A stretch of 59,173 nt of DNA, counting the filler. It is 4 parts of 4 records of this genome, joined end to end, with 100 filler letters (N's around TTAATTAATTAA, not from the genome) between each part and the next. Parts side by side here need not be neighbours in the genome. Positions count along the whole stretch, not along the records: positions 1 to 17,026 come from SRR31147125_7124; 3 more parts are not named here. The stretch is one strand, 5' to 3'. Position 1 is the first letter of the stretch. Each line of letters starts with the position of its first letter. Positions 1-9,909 of this stretch are shown here, piece by piece. The notes under the pieces are model-generated. The model was not told where the DNA came from. It did not search any database and saw nothing but the letters and a program-made list of their open reading frames with translations. Position numbers and translations under genes: made by a program.

Positions 1-1
1 T

Positions 2-787
2 TTTTTCAGTAATCGCTTCTAACACACCTATTGTAAGCATATTACCGGAAATGAGTAAAGCGGTAGGGGGATCAGGCAAAGATAAAAGTCTTAAAGTGGA
101 TTCATACCCATCTGCGACTTTGCTGCCAACTCCACATATCAATTCCGGATCATCATCAAGATTAAAAGTATGGATCGCACGTAAATATCCGGATCGTCGT
201 TTTTGTATTGTATAAATATGAGGCCGGCTACTAATAAAACCAATTCTCTTATGACCGGCATTTACAAATTGAGCCACTGCATTAAAAGCAGACTCTTCAT
301 TATCTGTGAGAACGGCATTGGCCTTGATATTTTCAAAATACCGATCAACTAAAACGAGGGGAAAGTTTTTATCCAAAAGTTCAACAATATGTTTTTCCGA
401 ATTTTGCACAGGAGCGATAATAAGCCCATCGATTCCACGACCGATTAAATTCTGGATTAGACTTATTTCCCTATCCTGGTCTTCACCAGTGTTACATACT
501 ACCAGATTATAACCGGCATTAAAACTTTGCATTTCAATACTATGGGCAATACCGGAGAAGAAAGGATTGGAAATATCGGGAAGGATAAGACCAATGGTCA
601 GGGTTTTTTGCAGGCGCAGTGCGCGAGCTACCTGATTTGGATGATAGTCGAGCTCTTTGGCCGCTGTAAAGATACGATTTCGTGTTTTTTCTGACACATG
701 TTGGGCTTCATTCCGACGCAATACTCTGGATACTGTTGAAGGGTGTACCCCAACCTGTTTTGCGATGTCTTTGAGTGTGATTGGCAT
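2..787 (-). CDS. LacI-family transcriptional regulator (3'-truncated at window edge; absent from the ORF track)
   Basis: Manual translation from ATG at 787: MPITLKDIAKQVGVHPSTVSRVL...YHPNQVARALRLQKTLTIGLIFPDISNPFF...VLVDRY. This is a LacI HTH, hinge and periplasmic-binding-like domain, open to the window start. Confidence 0.93.
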   Translation of the reverse strand, partial: MPITLKDIAKQVGVHPSTVSRVLRRNEAQHVSEKTRNRIFTAAKELDYHPNQVARALRLQKTLTIGLILPDISNPFFSGIAHSIEMQSFNAGYNLVVCNTGEDQDREISLIQNLIGRGIDGLIIAPVQNSEKHIVELLDKNFPLVLVDRYFENIKANAVLTDNEESAFNAVAQFVNAGHKRIGFISSRPHIYTIQKRRSGYLRAIHTFNLDDDPELICGVGSKVADGYESTLRLLSLPDPPTALLISGNMLTIGVLEAITEK

Positions 788-816
788 AAATTTGATCTGT
801 TATTTGATATGATAAT

Positions 817-841
817 CCAAACGATTGCCGCAATCGTTTGC
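817..841. promoter_or_regulatory. Putative LacI-family operator(s): perfect 10-bp inverted repeat CAAACGATTG-ccg-CAATCGTTTG
   Basis: Arms at 818-827 and 831-840. Each arm contains an AAnCGnTT LacI-type core. Lies 30 bp upstream of the lacI-family start codon. Confidence 0.65.
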
Positions 842-1008
842 TTTATAAATTATTAAAATATATCATTATTTAATAAAAAAAATAATTTCTCTTTTTATAA
901 ATCCTGTTGAATTGGGGGTGAATACAAATCTTTATCGGGTATTTAAGAAGGCTGATTCGATAGATATCAAACCGATATACTTTAGACTGTTAACCATATA
1001 TAAGAACA

Positions 1009-2094
1009 TTATATTTTTATTTCTCTACACGAACCCCGTACGATAAGGTTCGGATCAAACAACTTTTCTTCAATCATGACACCTTTTTCCGGATTTTCGA
1101 TTTTATCAATGAGAATTGTTGCTGCTTCCCGCCCCATCCTTGTCAATGGTTCTCTGACAGTCGTTAAAGGTGGCCGTGAATAGGGTGCTAACAACACATC
1201 TCCAAATCCAATTACAGAGATATCATCAGGTACGCGTAATCCTTTATTGGCCAATAAATTGATTATATTAATAGCAGTCGGATCATACAAAACAATCAGA
1301 GCGCTCGGTCGGTCTGACAATTGAAGAAAATGATCCAATGTCTTTTCATCATCGTCAGGGTGGTTGGGATTATAAAATATCAGATCTTTATCTAATTCCA
1401 CACCATGTTCATTCAGGGTAGCAGAAATACTTTTCAATCGTTCCTGACTGCTCCAGGATCGCTCTCCCCTGGCAATGACTCCAATTCGCCGATGGCCAAG
1501 AGACAGTAAATACTCAGTAGCGATCCTGCCACCTTGCTCATTATTAACACCTATCATATCCCCATCAACATTGTTCACCTTTCGCCACAAAAACACATAA
1601 GCCATGTCCCTTTCCGAAAGTTCTTGGACTTTATGAACCAATGTAGTGTCAGGATAATCACTGGTAAAAAACAAAATCCCATCAACGTGACGATCGGCAA
1701 TCAGATGAGCATAAGATTCAGACAATCGGGGATCTGAAATAACATCTTCATTAAATACCATGAGGTTGTAATTTCTCTTCTGAGCAACCTCTGCTATGCC
1801 GGTCATGACTCCAAAAGAAAAAGCACTATCAAACAATTCTAACGGTTTTTGTGTGATAATACCAATAGTAAAAGACCGATCCATGGAAAAGGAACGTGCG
1901 AGTCGATTGGGTGCATAATTGAGTTCTTGTGCTACCTCAATGACCCGTTTTTTTGTTTCCTCACTGATCTTGATGGGACTACGACGATTATTAAGCACAA
2001 TAGACACCGTCGCTTTACTCACACCGGCTTTTAGCGCAATATCGACCAGCGTTGGAGTTCGAAAAGCTTTCTTTTTCAGTCCTGAATTCGTCAC
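1009..2094 (-). CDS. LacI-family transcriptional regulator
   Basis: TLVDIALKAGVSKATVSIVLN HTH, YAPNRLARS hinge, VPDDISVIGFGD...PPLTTVREP C-terminal motifs. Confidence 0.95.
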   Translation of the reverse strand: MTNSGLKKKAFRTPTLVDIALKAGVSKATVSIVLNNRRSPIKISEETKKRVIEVAQELNYAPNRLARSFSMDRSFTIGIITQKPLELFDSAFSFGVMTGIAEVAQKRNYNLMVFNEDVISDPRLSESYAHLIADRHVDGILFFTSDYPDTTLVHKVQELSERDMAYVFLWRKVNNVDGDMIGVNNEQGGRIATEYLLSLGHRRIGVIARGERSWSSQERLKSISATLNEHGVELDKDLIFYNPNHPDDDEKTLDHFLQLSDRPSALIVLYDPTAINIINLLANKGLRVPDDISVIGFGDVLLAPYSRPPLTTVREPLTRMGREAATILIDKIENPEKGVMIEEKLFDPNLIVRGSCREIKI

Positions 2095-2557
2095 GATAAA
2101 TCTTATATTAGAATGAGAACACTACATTATTCAGGCAAAACACTTTTTACAGATAAATAACGAAGAGAATGGATAAATTTAAAAAAATGACTCATATATA
2201 TTAAAAGTCACTACTTAAAGCGATCAAAATTTGACCAGATCACCTAACCCAGTTAATTTAATATGAAAATTTACTACATTAATGTCAAGAAAAAAACAAT
2301 TAATCCATTTTTTTCAACTTGGGCTCGAAGTTCAACTATTCGAATCATTTTTACGCTTTTAATATCCTTTATGGTCATAAAAGTTATGTAAATCCGGATA
2401 ACACCATTTAGTAACGGAATTCGGTAAACAGGTCTATTAACTATTGAGATAAATATGCCCCGGGGATTTCAGAACCCTTTTTGTGATAGCCCCATTCTAA
2501 AAAGATCATGGATCGATTCATTTTCATTCTAAAAAAAGCAATAAAGTGAATCCCCTA

Positions 2558-3658
2558 TTATTCATAAACACCAAACTCATCAACAATTTCACTGACTCTC
2601 CTTACTCTAGTCTCAAGACCATCCGGTGGAACCTGATCGGCCACACCAAGCACAAAACCGGGTTCTTTTCTCATGACAGTCAGGACGTGTTTTACATGAC
2701 ATTCAAATTCGTCCTCAGAAACGGAAGGAGTGAAATAAGAACCGGGAATTCCTCCCAAAAAACGCTTTTCGTATCTCCGGTATAGGCTTTCCACTCTTCA
2801 ATCGCCAGGTCCCCGACGGGTTTGGGAGTTAACGCCTCCAGAACGGAAAAACCCACGGAACTTTCTTCCCTTAACAGAGCCTTCAAGGTCCCATCCATAT
2901 GTATAAAGGAATATTTTCCGCTTTGATTTATTTTCCGGGTCCATTTTTCCTGATAGCTTCGCATGAACTGTTGAAAAAAACGAGCCCACCACTTCTGCTG
3001 ACAGGTTTTCCGGGATCATTAGCGCTTCTGCCGGGCTATCCACAGCAATCTGCGCTGCCACATCATGTGAGTTTTCCATTATTTGCATTGTTTCGGTAAA
3101 CTCGTCTGTATAAAACAAGGCTAAAAGGGTTACTGTTTCAATACCTGCCTCGAGTGCTACCAACTGCATAAAAGGACTTTTGGGTAGATAATCAAGGACA
3201 ATCCCTATATCACCTACCTGCTCCAAACGGTTTTCTATGAATTTATAATTCGGCTCATAATAACTGTGTTCATGAACATAAGACAAAGCAGGAAGATCTT
3301 GAATGGATTTCACCAGGTATTCAATTGGTGCTTCGGTAAAAGAATCAGCCATCCATTGCCAGCACTCCCTTAGAGTTCCTTTGGGAGTTTCTATTTTTCT
3401 GTACCTTTTATTCCCTTGTTGCCAGGTTTTAACCTGACAATTATCAATAATCGTCGTAAAAGGGAAATCACCCTGCAAATAAAAACCAACTTTTAACTCG
3501 CGATGCCAATCGATATAAGCCTTTGTCTTTTTAAAATCAGCAGGACACTCTCCTCGTTGAATGCGTGCCGTTGCCCAGTAATCAAGATCACCAAACCATG
3601 GAACACGATCCGGTTTTTCTCCTCTCAATATACAAAAAACTCGTTCACGTGGCGTCAT
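2558..3658 (-). CDS. Uroporphyrinogen decarboxylase/MtaA-CmuA superfamily protein #1 (two apparent frameshifts, near 2974-2980 and 2754-2756)
   Basis: ORFs 2798-3658, 2692-2964 and 2558-2794 join into one protein: MTPRERVF..GEKPDRVPW / FIHMDG..LEALTPKPVGD / FWGGIPG..FVLGVADQVPPD. The breaks fall at or next to homopolymer runs. Confidence 0.8.
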
Positions 3659-3772
3659 GTAAACCTCAAAATTACAATTTTTTAATCATCTTTATACAAT
3701 CAGTAACTTAGATACGTCAGGTTTAGCAAATATTCCTTATTAAATAGGTCCAAGATCAAGTACAAAAAGCTC

Positions 3773-4804
3773 TCAACTCTTTTGTATCTTTTCCCATTCT
3801 TCAAATATAGCAATCGCCGTATCCGGATTCGCGCCAGCACCGAACTCAAATTGGGCAATGAGTCCTCCGGCAGGATCATAAAGATGCTTTGTCACTTTTT
3901 GTACGGCATCGCGGCCTAATTGTGGATCCCGGGACACCAAAACATGTTGTCGATCAATCTCTCCCCAAAAAGTCATTTTACCTTTGACACGCCTGGCAAT
4001 CTCGTTCATGTCCATGCAAAATAGTTGTGAATTTATTGCATTCACGCCAATATTAGCCAAATCCTCATAAATATCCAAAATAAAACCATCCGAATGCATG
4101 AAAACATATTTATTATTCGCATGAGCCAAATCACAATAATCCTGGTATAATGGCATGAATAAATCCTGCCACATCATCGGAGAAATCAATAACTGGTTTT
4201 GAGAACCCCAGTCATCCATAAACATAATCCCATCCACGTCTGTCGACACCCAAAATTCCAGTTCCTTTAGATAAAAATCATGCACAAGTTTGAGAAGATC
4301 ACGACCACCTTCATCCGGCATCATCATATCGATCATGGCATTTGACGTACCGCGTAAAAACTGATAGCGTTCCCATGGTCTGGGGCAACAGGATGCCAGG
4401 ATAAATTTGTCTGACTGCGCGCAAAATCGATTCACTTTATCACGCGCTTCCTGCACATTATCGGGCAATGTTTCATAAGGTGGTTTTACCTGTTTCCAGT
4501 CCGCGATATCTGTTATTTGGGGAATCCGAACTTCGCCTATGATACCATCCTGAATATTAATAAAAGTGCAACCCCACTCATCCACATAAGTTCCCACCTT
4601 ATACTCATCACCTTTAACACGAGAAGAGGGTTGGTAGACGTTGCCAGCATTACAGATATCATTGGGAAAACGACGATTTATTTCTTCTACTGTTTCCGGG
4701 TAATGACTCTGTGCCCATGGCAACACCCATAAATGTCTTGGCATTCGCTCAGGAAAATTAAAATTCAGACATCTCTGCACAATGTCACGAGAAGTTTGAG
4801 CCAT
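3773..4804 (-). CDS. URO-D/MtaA-CmuA superfamily protein #2
   Basis: YVDEWGC, FLRGTSNAMIDM, FMDDWGSQ, MHSDG and FWGEIDRQ motifs. Confidence 0.88.
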   Translation of the reverse strand: MAQTSRDIVQRCLNFNFPERMPRHLWVLPWAQSHYPETVEEINRRFPNDICNAGNVYQPSSRVKGDEYKVGTYVDEWGCTFINIQDGIIGEVRIPQITDIADWKQVKPPYETLPDNVQEARDKVNRFCAQSDKFILASCCPRPWERYQFLRGTSNAMIDMMMPDEGGRDLLKLVHDFYLKELEFWVSTDVDGIMFMDDWGSQNQLLISPMMWQDLFMPLYQDYCDLAHANNKYVFMHSDGFILDIYEDLANIGVNAINSQLFCMDMNEIARRVKGKMTFWGEIDRQHVLVSRDPQLGRDAVQKVTKHLYDPAGGLIAQFEFGAGANPDTAIAIFEEWEKIQKS

Positions 4805-4897
4805 AGTATCCTCACCTCTTTTGAAAAGTCACGTAATGACGATTATCAGACTAATTTAGCCTACACTTCTATTCCGGTAAAACTTGATATCAGTAAA

Positions 4898-5644
4898 TTA
4901 CTTTTCAGCTTTAAATTCGCCCTGAAATTTGAATTCCTTAATATGCTGCAAAAATTTTGCTTCGTTTTCCACCAGGTCCTCAAAGGTCACACCTTGTTTG
5001 CGACAGACAGAGATCACATATTCTAATTCGGCTCTGTCATAAAAACTACAGACATTATCCAATTGTTCGGCAGCCTCCGGTGGTATGGTAATAAAACCAT
5101 GATGGTCGGCATGGATTAACTCGCCTGTTTTTATTTCACAGCCAAAGACATTCACCGGGCAGTCAAAATCAACGACTTTTCCATAAGCAGGAGCAACACA
5201 CAATCGACGGGCAAGGGCTTTAAAACCGGCATTTTTCATTTCATGCAAATCCCGGATGGCACCATCTGTAATCGTACCGACACATCCAAATGGCTTGTGT
5301 TTATTTGCATTGCATTCACCCCAGAAGGAGCCAACAATACCATCCGGGGCATCCAGATCATGAATTACCACAATTTTGGGATCTGGTAAAGAAATCATCC
5401 ATTTAAAATACTCCATAAAATCAACTGATTGCTCCAGATGTTCCTGGCTGGCCTGATATTTAACTGTGACAGCATAACCGCACATGGCGCCCATTTCCGG
5501 CATATAATCAACTGTCGGATCCAGATTAAATCCTTCTGTTTTTTTACGCTTACTTAATACACCCATGGAATTAGCAATTGTGGGAGAATTATGTCGGGTT
5601 AGTGTTTTTATCTGTCCACGGCTCAGATTATATAGCGAAAACAT
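4898..5644 (-). CDS. RraA-like / HMG-CHA aldolase family protein
   Basis: SPTIANSM, GYAVTV, FWGECNA, ITDGAIRD (conserved R-D) and GELIHADHHG motifs. Confidence 0.85.
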   Translation of the reverse strand: MFSLYNLSRGQIKTLTRHNSPTIANSMGVLSKRKKTEGFNLDPTVDYMPEMGAMCGYAVTVKYQASQEHLEQSVDFMEYFKWMISLPDPKIVVIHDLDAPDGIVGSFWGECNANKHKPFGCVGTITDGAIRDLHEMKNAGFKALARRLCVAPAYGKVVDFDCPVNVFGCEIKTGELIHADHHGFITIPPEAAEQLDNVCSFYDRAELEYVISVCRKQGVTFEDLVENEAKFLQHIKEFKFQGEFKAEK

Positions 5645-5715
5645 ATTCGTATTCTTTCATATAAAAATATTCACAATTTATTACATTTATAATCCAAATG
5701 CAAAAAACCCATACT

Positions 5716-6798
5716 TTATTGTCTGTATTCACTCGCCGTGTCAAACATGGCCACCACATTCTCTGTAGGAATATCGGCCTCCAATTGGTGACTGGCAGCA
5801 ACAATATAACCGCCACCCTCTCCCAAAACAGACAAACATTCTTTTGTTTCCTTTACAACATCGTCCACAGAGCCAAAAACCAGGGCCTTTTGCTGATCAA
5901 CAGAACCGTGAAAAACAAGTCGCGAACCAAACTCTTTATTCAATCGTTTTCGATCCATTCCATAGGCATGGGTTTGTATTGGATTCAATACATCTACGCC
6001 AGATTGAATAATATCCTCTATGACAGGATAAATCCCACCACAGCAATGCATCATAACCTTTGTTCCATAACTTTTAAATAAATCTGCCCGTTCACGAATG
6101 AGCGGCATCATGTACTCCCGACACATGTCCGGTGACATGAGCAATCCCTTTTGTCCGCCCAAATCATCACAGGTCCACATCAAATCTATGGTTCCTTCAG
6201 CTGCTTCAAGCACCAAACGTCCATATTCGAGCCAATAATCACACACTTTGCGCAGGAGAGCATGCACAAAATCCGGATTGATGGCCATATCCATCATAAA
6301 ATTCTCAAGGCCTCGTAATCGCCAGGCATCATCAAATACAGCGGATGTTTTGCCGGCAATGGCCATACCTTTATGTTTAAGAGCCTGCTTTTTGATTGCG
6401 GAAAAATCCCAGTCCTCAGCAGGATTGGGCCATGGCCACTCTTCAAGATCTTTAACGGTTTTCAGGTTTTTTAAAGGGAAATCAACGACATCATAAAAAA
6501 TATCTCCTGAAGGAAAGATCGTCTTTTGCCATGTAATCCCCCAATTGTCGATAAACCGGTTCTGATCGATTTGTTTCGGGAACCAATGACCATAATAATT
6601 ACCGAATCCGGCAGTTTGCATAACAGGTCTGATAGTGACAATATCAGATCCGAACCGCTCTCTCAATCCATTAACATCGATCAGACCTAAATCACTTATG
6701 AGCCTCTCCTCCATAACCCTTGTGCACTGCACATCTATGGGCACTCTGTCTACAGATTCCCTGGCAATCGTTGCCATCACACGTTCCCGGCTTGTCAT
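5716..6798 (-). CDS. URO-D/MtaA-CmuA superfamily protein #3
   Basis: MTSRERVMATIARESVDRVP, LRGLENFMMD, CDDLGGQ, MHCCG, LNPIQ, FHGSVDQQ and GGYIVAASHQL motifs. Confidence 0.9.
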   Translation of the reverse strand: MTSRERVMATIARESVDRVPIDVQCTRVMEERLISDLGLIDVNGLRERFGSDIVTIRPVMQTAGFGNYYGHWFPKQIDQNRFIDNWGITWQKTIFPSGDIFYDVVDFPLKNLKTVKDLEEWPWPNPAEDWDFSAIKKQALKHKGMAIAGKTSAVFDDAWRLRGLENFMMDMAINPDFVHALLRKVCDYWLEYGRLVLEAAEGTIDLMWTCDDLGGQKGLLMSPDMCREYMMPLIRERADLFKSYGTKVMMHCCGGIYPVIEDIIQSGVDVLNPIQTHAYGMDRKRLNKEFGSRLVFHGSVDQQKALVFGSVDDVVKETKECLSVLGEGGGYIVAASHQLEADIPTENVVAMFDTASEYRQ

Positions 6799-6838
6799 AT
6801 AACAACTCCTTATATAAAATCACATTAACATTTTAATC

Positions 6839-7921
6839 CTATTCGCATTTTTCACGGCGTCTAATTTCTTTTACTGCATCGATCATCGCATAGTAACCTT
6901 CAGGAGGAATATATTTGGCAATAGAATTGCCCGATCCTAATGCAAATCCATTAGCTTTTTTTCTAAACGATGTTCCTTTTTCAAGGACCTGCTTAAAGAT
7001 ATCATCATATGTTTCCAGACAAAGTGTATTCACATCGATTCCGCCTAACAAACCTATCTGGCCACTATAAAGTCTTATCCATTTATCAAATGGGGCAATT
7101 CCATCTTCATTCGAATGTTTGGCATCTATGCCCAATTCAACAAGATCGTTCATAACTTCAAATATATTACCGCAAGAATGCAGTAAAAATTTCTTACCTG
7201 AATTGTGAATCAAATCTACTATTCGTTTGTATTGTGGAAAAAGATACTTTCGATATGTATCCGGTGCCAGCAATGTGGCTGATTTAAAACCCAGATCATC
7301 CCCCATTCTAAAAATAATGAATATATCGCTGTATTCTTTTATGACCTTTGACCAGAGTGTGACATATAAATCCCCGATTTTCTTATACAGGTCAGAAAAA
7401 AGTTCAGGATCCATGTATTGCATAACACAGAGGGATTCAAATCCAACAAGGTCTTCACTTGACTCAAAAATACCTAAACCGCATCCTCCTATGGCTTTCA
7501 TGCCCTGGGGCAAAATGGCACGTATCGCATCAAAATGTGGCTTGTATTTTTCCCAGAAAATAGTTGGTAATTCATCAAATGGATATTTATTAAAGTCATC
7601 TCTCGTCTGGATAGGACCAAGCTTACCTCCCATTATGGCCCCGTGATCAGGATAGATATCATAAATGGATGCTTCATATGAAAAAGTATCGTAGGTCATA
7701 TCTTTCCAAAAACCACACATATTTGTATAATATTCTTCCAGGTCAACCGGTTTGTTCCCTTGCAATACCAGTTCTTTACCACCAGCTTTAGATATAAACG
7801 GCACATCAATAATGTGTTCATATAAGGGTAATCGTTTTGGTCGTTTATTGTAAACAACATCGAGCATATTCCTGTAATCAGGTTCAAATTTTTGTGAATG
7901 TTTCAAATTTTTACTCCTCAT
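6839..7921 (-). CDS. URO-D/MtaA-CmuA superfamily protein #4
   Basis: PKRLPLYEH, LVGFESLC, MGDDLGFKS, LHSCG, KHSNED, LLGGIDV and FALGSGNSI motifs. Confidence 0.88.
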   Translation of the reverse strand: MRSKNLKHSQKFEPDYRNMLDVVYNKRPKRLPLYEHIIDVPFISKAGGKELVLQGNKPVDLEEYYTNMCGFWKDMTYDTFSYEASIYDIYPDHGAIMGGKLGPIQTRDDFNKYPFDELPTIFWEKYKPHFDAIRAILPQGMKAIGGCGLGIFESSEDLVGFESLCVMQYMDPELFSDLYKKIGDLYVTLWSKVIKEYSDIFIIFRMGDDLGFKSATLLAPDTYRKYLFPQYKRIVDLIHNSGKKFLLHSCGNIFEVMNDLVELGIDAKHSNEDGIAPFDKWIRLYSGQIGLLGGIDVNTLCLETYDDIFKQVLEKGTSFRKKANGFALGSGNSIAKYIPPEGYYAMIDAVKEIRRREKCE

Positions 7922-8032
7922 AAAAAAAATATAATAACAGCAGAAACTTGATAATCTGTCATTGCAAAATCATCAACAATCCTGTTCCAAAAATCAGTAG
8001 TTCGTTCAAATAAGGTTTATTTTAACTCAACA

Positions 8033-9757
8033 TCAGGCAGTCGGTAATCGTTTGTACCAGGTAAAATATAAAATTCCGGCCGTGATACAAGTCGTAAGTA
8101 AAAGTGCTGCAAAAGTCCAGATATGATGTATCATAATATAAACAACAGACATATAAGCGCTGGCAATGGCTACCATACCTAAAAAAGCATTCAAAAGATC
8201 AAGCGAAAACAGATCGGTCTTTTTAAAGTTCGGAAAAAGGGCAATTGTTTTTCGATGAACAGGTTTCCAGAACATGCCTGGTTGTACATGTCTGTAAAAA
8301 TCAATAAGCAACTTTTCATCAACGGGTTTTGTCACCAGTGTGGCAATAACACTGATAACAAGGGATGAAAATGCAATAACCGGAAAATAGATTTGAAATG
8401 GAGCATCCCTCCAAAAAAACGACTGTACCAATGACATCAGCGTACCAGCCAGAGTTCCTGCTGTAAAACCCCAGCCATTAAACCGCCACCAGTACCATCG
8501 TAGCACATTTGGAAGCAGAACACCGGCACCCAAAGCCAGCATAAGCCAGTTCCAGATATCGGCTATGGAACGGGCATTCATACCAACCACAACGCCGCCA
8601 ATAATTATCAATGCTGAACAGGAATAACTGGCAATCATCTGTCTTTTTGCAGTTGGTGTTGTGTCGATATATTTCTCATAGATATCTTTGACAAGGTAAG
8701 AGGCTCCTGCGTTCACTACGGAATTAAATGTACCCATAAAGGAGGAAAAGAGAGCACCTAAAAACATGCCGCGAATACCAATGGGGAAATAATTGCGGAT
8801 AACCACTGGCATAGCCTTTTCCGGATCGGTGATAAGATGCTGAAAATGCACGATAGCCACAACAGCAATCCCGATTGTCATCGCCCAGCGGACGAGAAGA
8901 AAAACACTCCACATACCGCCGATTTTACAGGCATCTGCGGCCGTAGGTGCTGAGAGAAAACGCTGGAAATCAAACAATTGCGCCGGACCACCGGCATTCA
9001 GGAGTAAGCCTTTTGTAACCCAGACAATGACCAATACACCAAAGAGAGAATAAGGTGTATTCTGTAAATATGAAATTTTCCATTCCGGGATCATTGAAAA
9101 CCAGCCTTCCGGCACTTTAGTCGCTAACACAGCCAAACTGGAATCATTAAACATGATCACACAAACAACAATACAGGCAATGGTAATGAGGATTGTTTGT
9201 GCAACATCTGTCACAATGACACTCACGAAACCTCCGGGAATAACATACAGGGCAACAAGCCCCATAAGGATCATGGCGCACACACTTTCCGGCAATGGTA
9301 CAAACTGGGAAGCGAATTTTCCGATTCCTTCAAATGCATAACCAAGAGCACCAATGGTATAAATAATGGCTAAAATGGTATAAGCCAACCGGGCCATTTC
9401 CCCGGCTCTGTCATCGCCAAAGCGGGTCTTCATCCATTCTGCGGCTGTGAACACTTTGGAGCGTTGGACCCATTTACCTGTATACGTCATAAAAAACGCA
9501 CCCATCATAAATCCCCACATCCAGTGAACCCACATACTGCGCAGACCAATAAGGACAAACAGAGATACGATCCACATCGTACCAGTTACATCAAAAGTGG
9601 AAACACTCCCGGACATGGAAAGAAAGAGCCATGGGACTTTGCGGCCTCCAAGAAAATATTGTTCTTCATTTCGTTTTGCTCTCAATTGATAGATAAAACC
9701 AATACTCACAACCAGCACCAGATAGATAACAATAATACCGTAATCAAGACCTACCAC
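8033..9757 (-). CDS. Sodium:solute symporter (SSS) family transporter
   Basis: About 14 hydrophobic segments; YFLGGRKVPW, TAAEWMKTRFG, FQRFLSA, SYLVKDIY and RWYWWRFNGWG motifs. Confidence 0.93.
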   Translation of the reverse strand: MVGLDYGIIVIYLVLVVSIGFIYQLRAKRNEEQYFLGGRKVPWLFLSMSGSVSTFDVTGTMWIVSLFVLIGLRSMWVHWMWGFMMGAFFMTYTGKWVQRSKVFTAAEWMKTRFGDDRAGEMARLAYTILAIIYTIGALGYAFEGIGKFASQFVPLPESVCAMILMGLVALYVIPGGFVSVIVTDVAQTILITIACIVVCVIMFNDSSLAVLATKVPEGWFSMIPEWKISYLQNTPYSLFGVLVIVWVTKGLLLNAGGPAQLFDFQRFLSAPTAADACKIGGMWSVFLLVRWAMTIGIAVVAIVHFQHLITDPEKAMPVVIRNYFPIGIRGMFLGALFSSFMGTFNSVVNAGASYLVKDIYEKYIDTTPTAKRQMIASYSCSALIIIGGVVVGMNARSIADIWNWLMLALGAGVLLPNVLRWYWWRFNGWGFTAGTLAGTLMSLVQSFFWRDAPFQIYFPVIAFSSLVISVIATLVTKPVDEKLLIDFYRHVQPGMFWKPVHRKTIALFPNFKKTDLFSLDLLNAFLGMVAIASAYMSVVYIMIHHIWTFAALLLTTCITAGILYFTWYKRLPTA

Positions 9758-9909
9758 GCGATTCTCCTTCCTTGCCCAAATCGTACTATCGACACTGTTT
9801 TACATATCTGCTATTTAATTACACCTGTCCATCACAAAAAATCCGGTTTTTCTTTTTTTAATAATCAGTCATCTTTAAGATCGAGAAGGACCGTCCAACC
9901 TTTATTCAT

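Noticed and set aside
2215-2256. Three degenerate LacI-like sites upstream of the second lacI-family gene
   Set aside because: The symmetry is too weak to distinguish from chance in AT-rich DNA.
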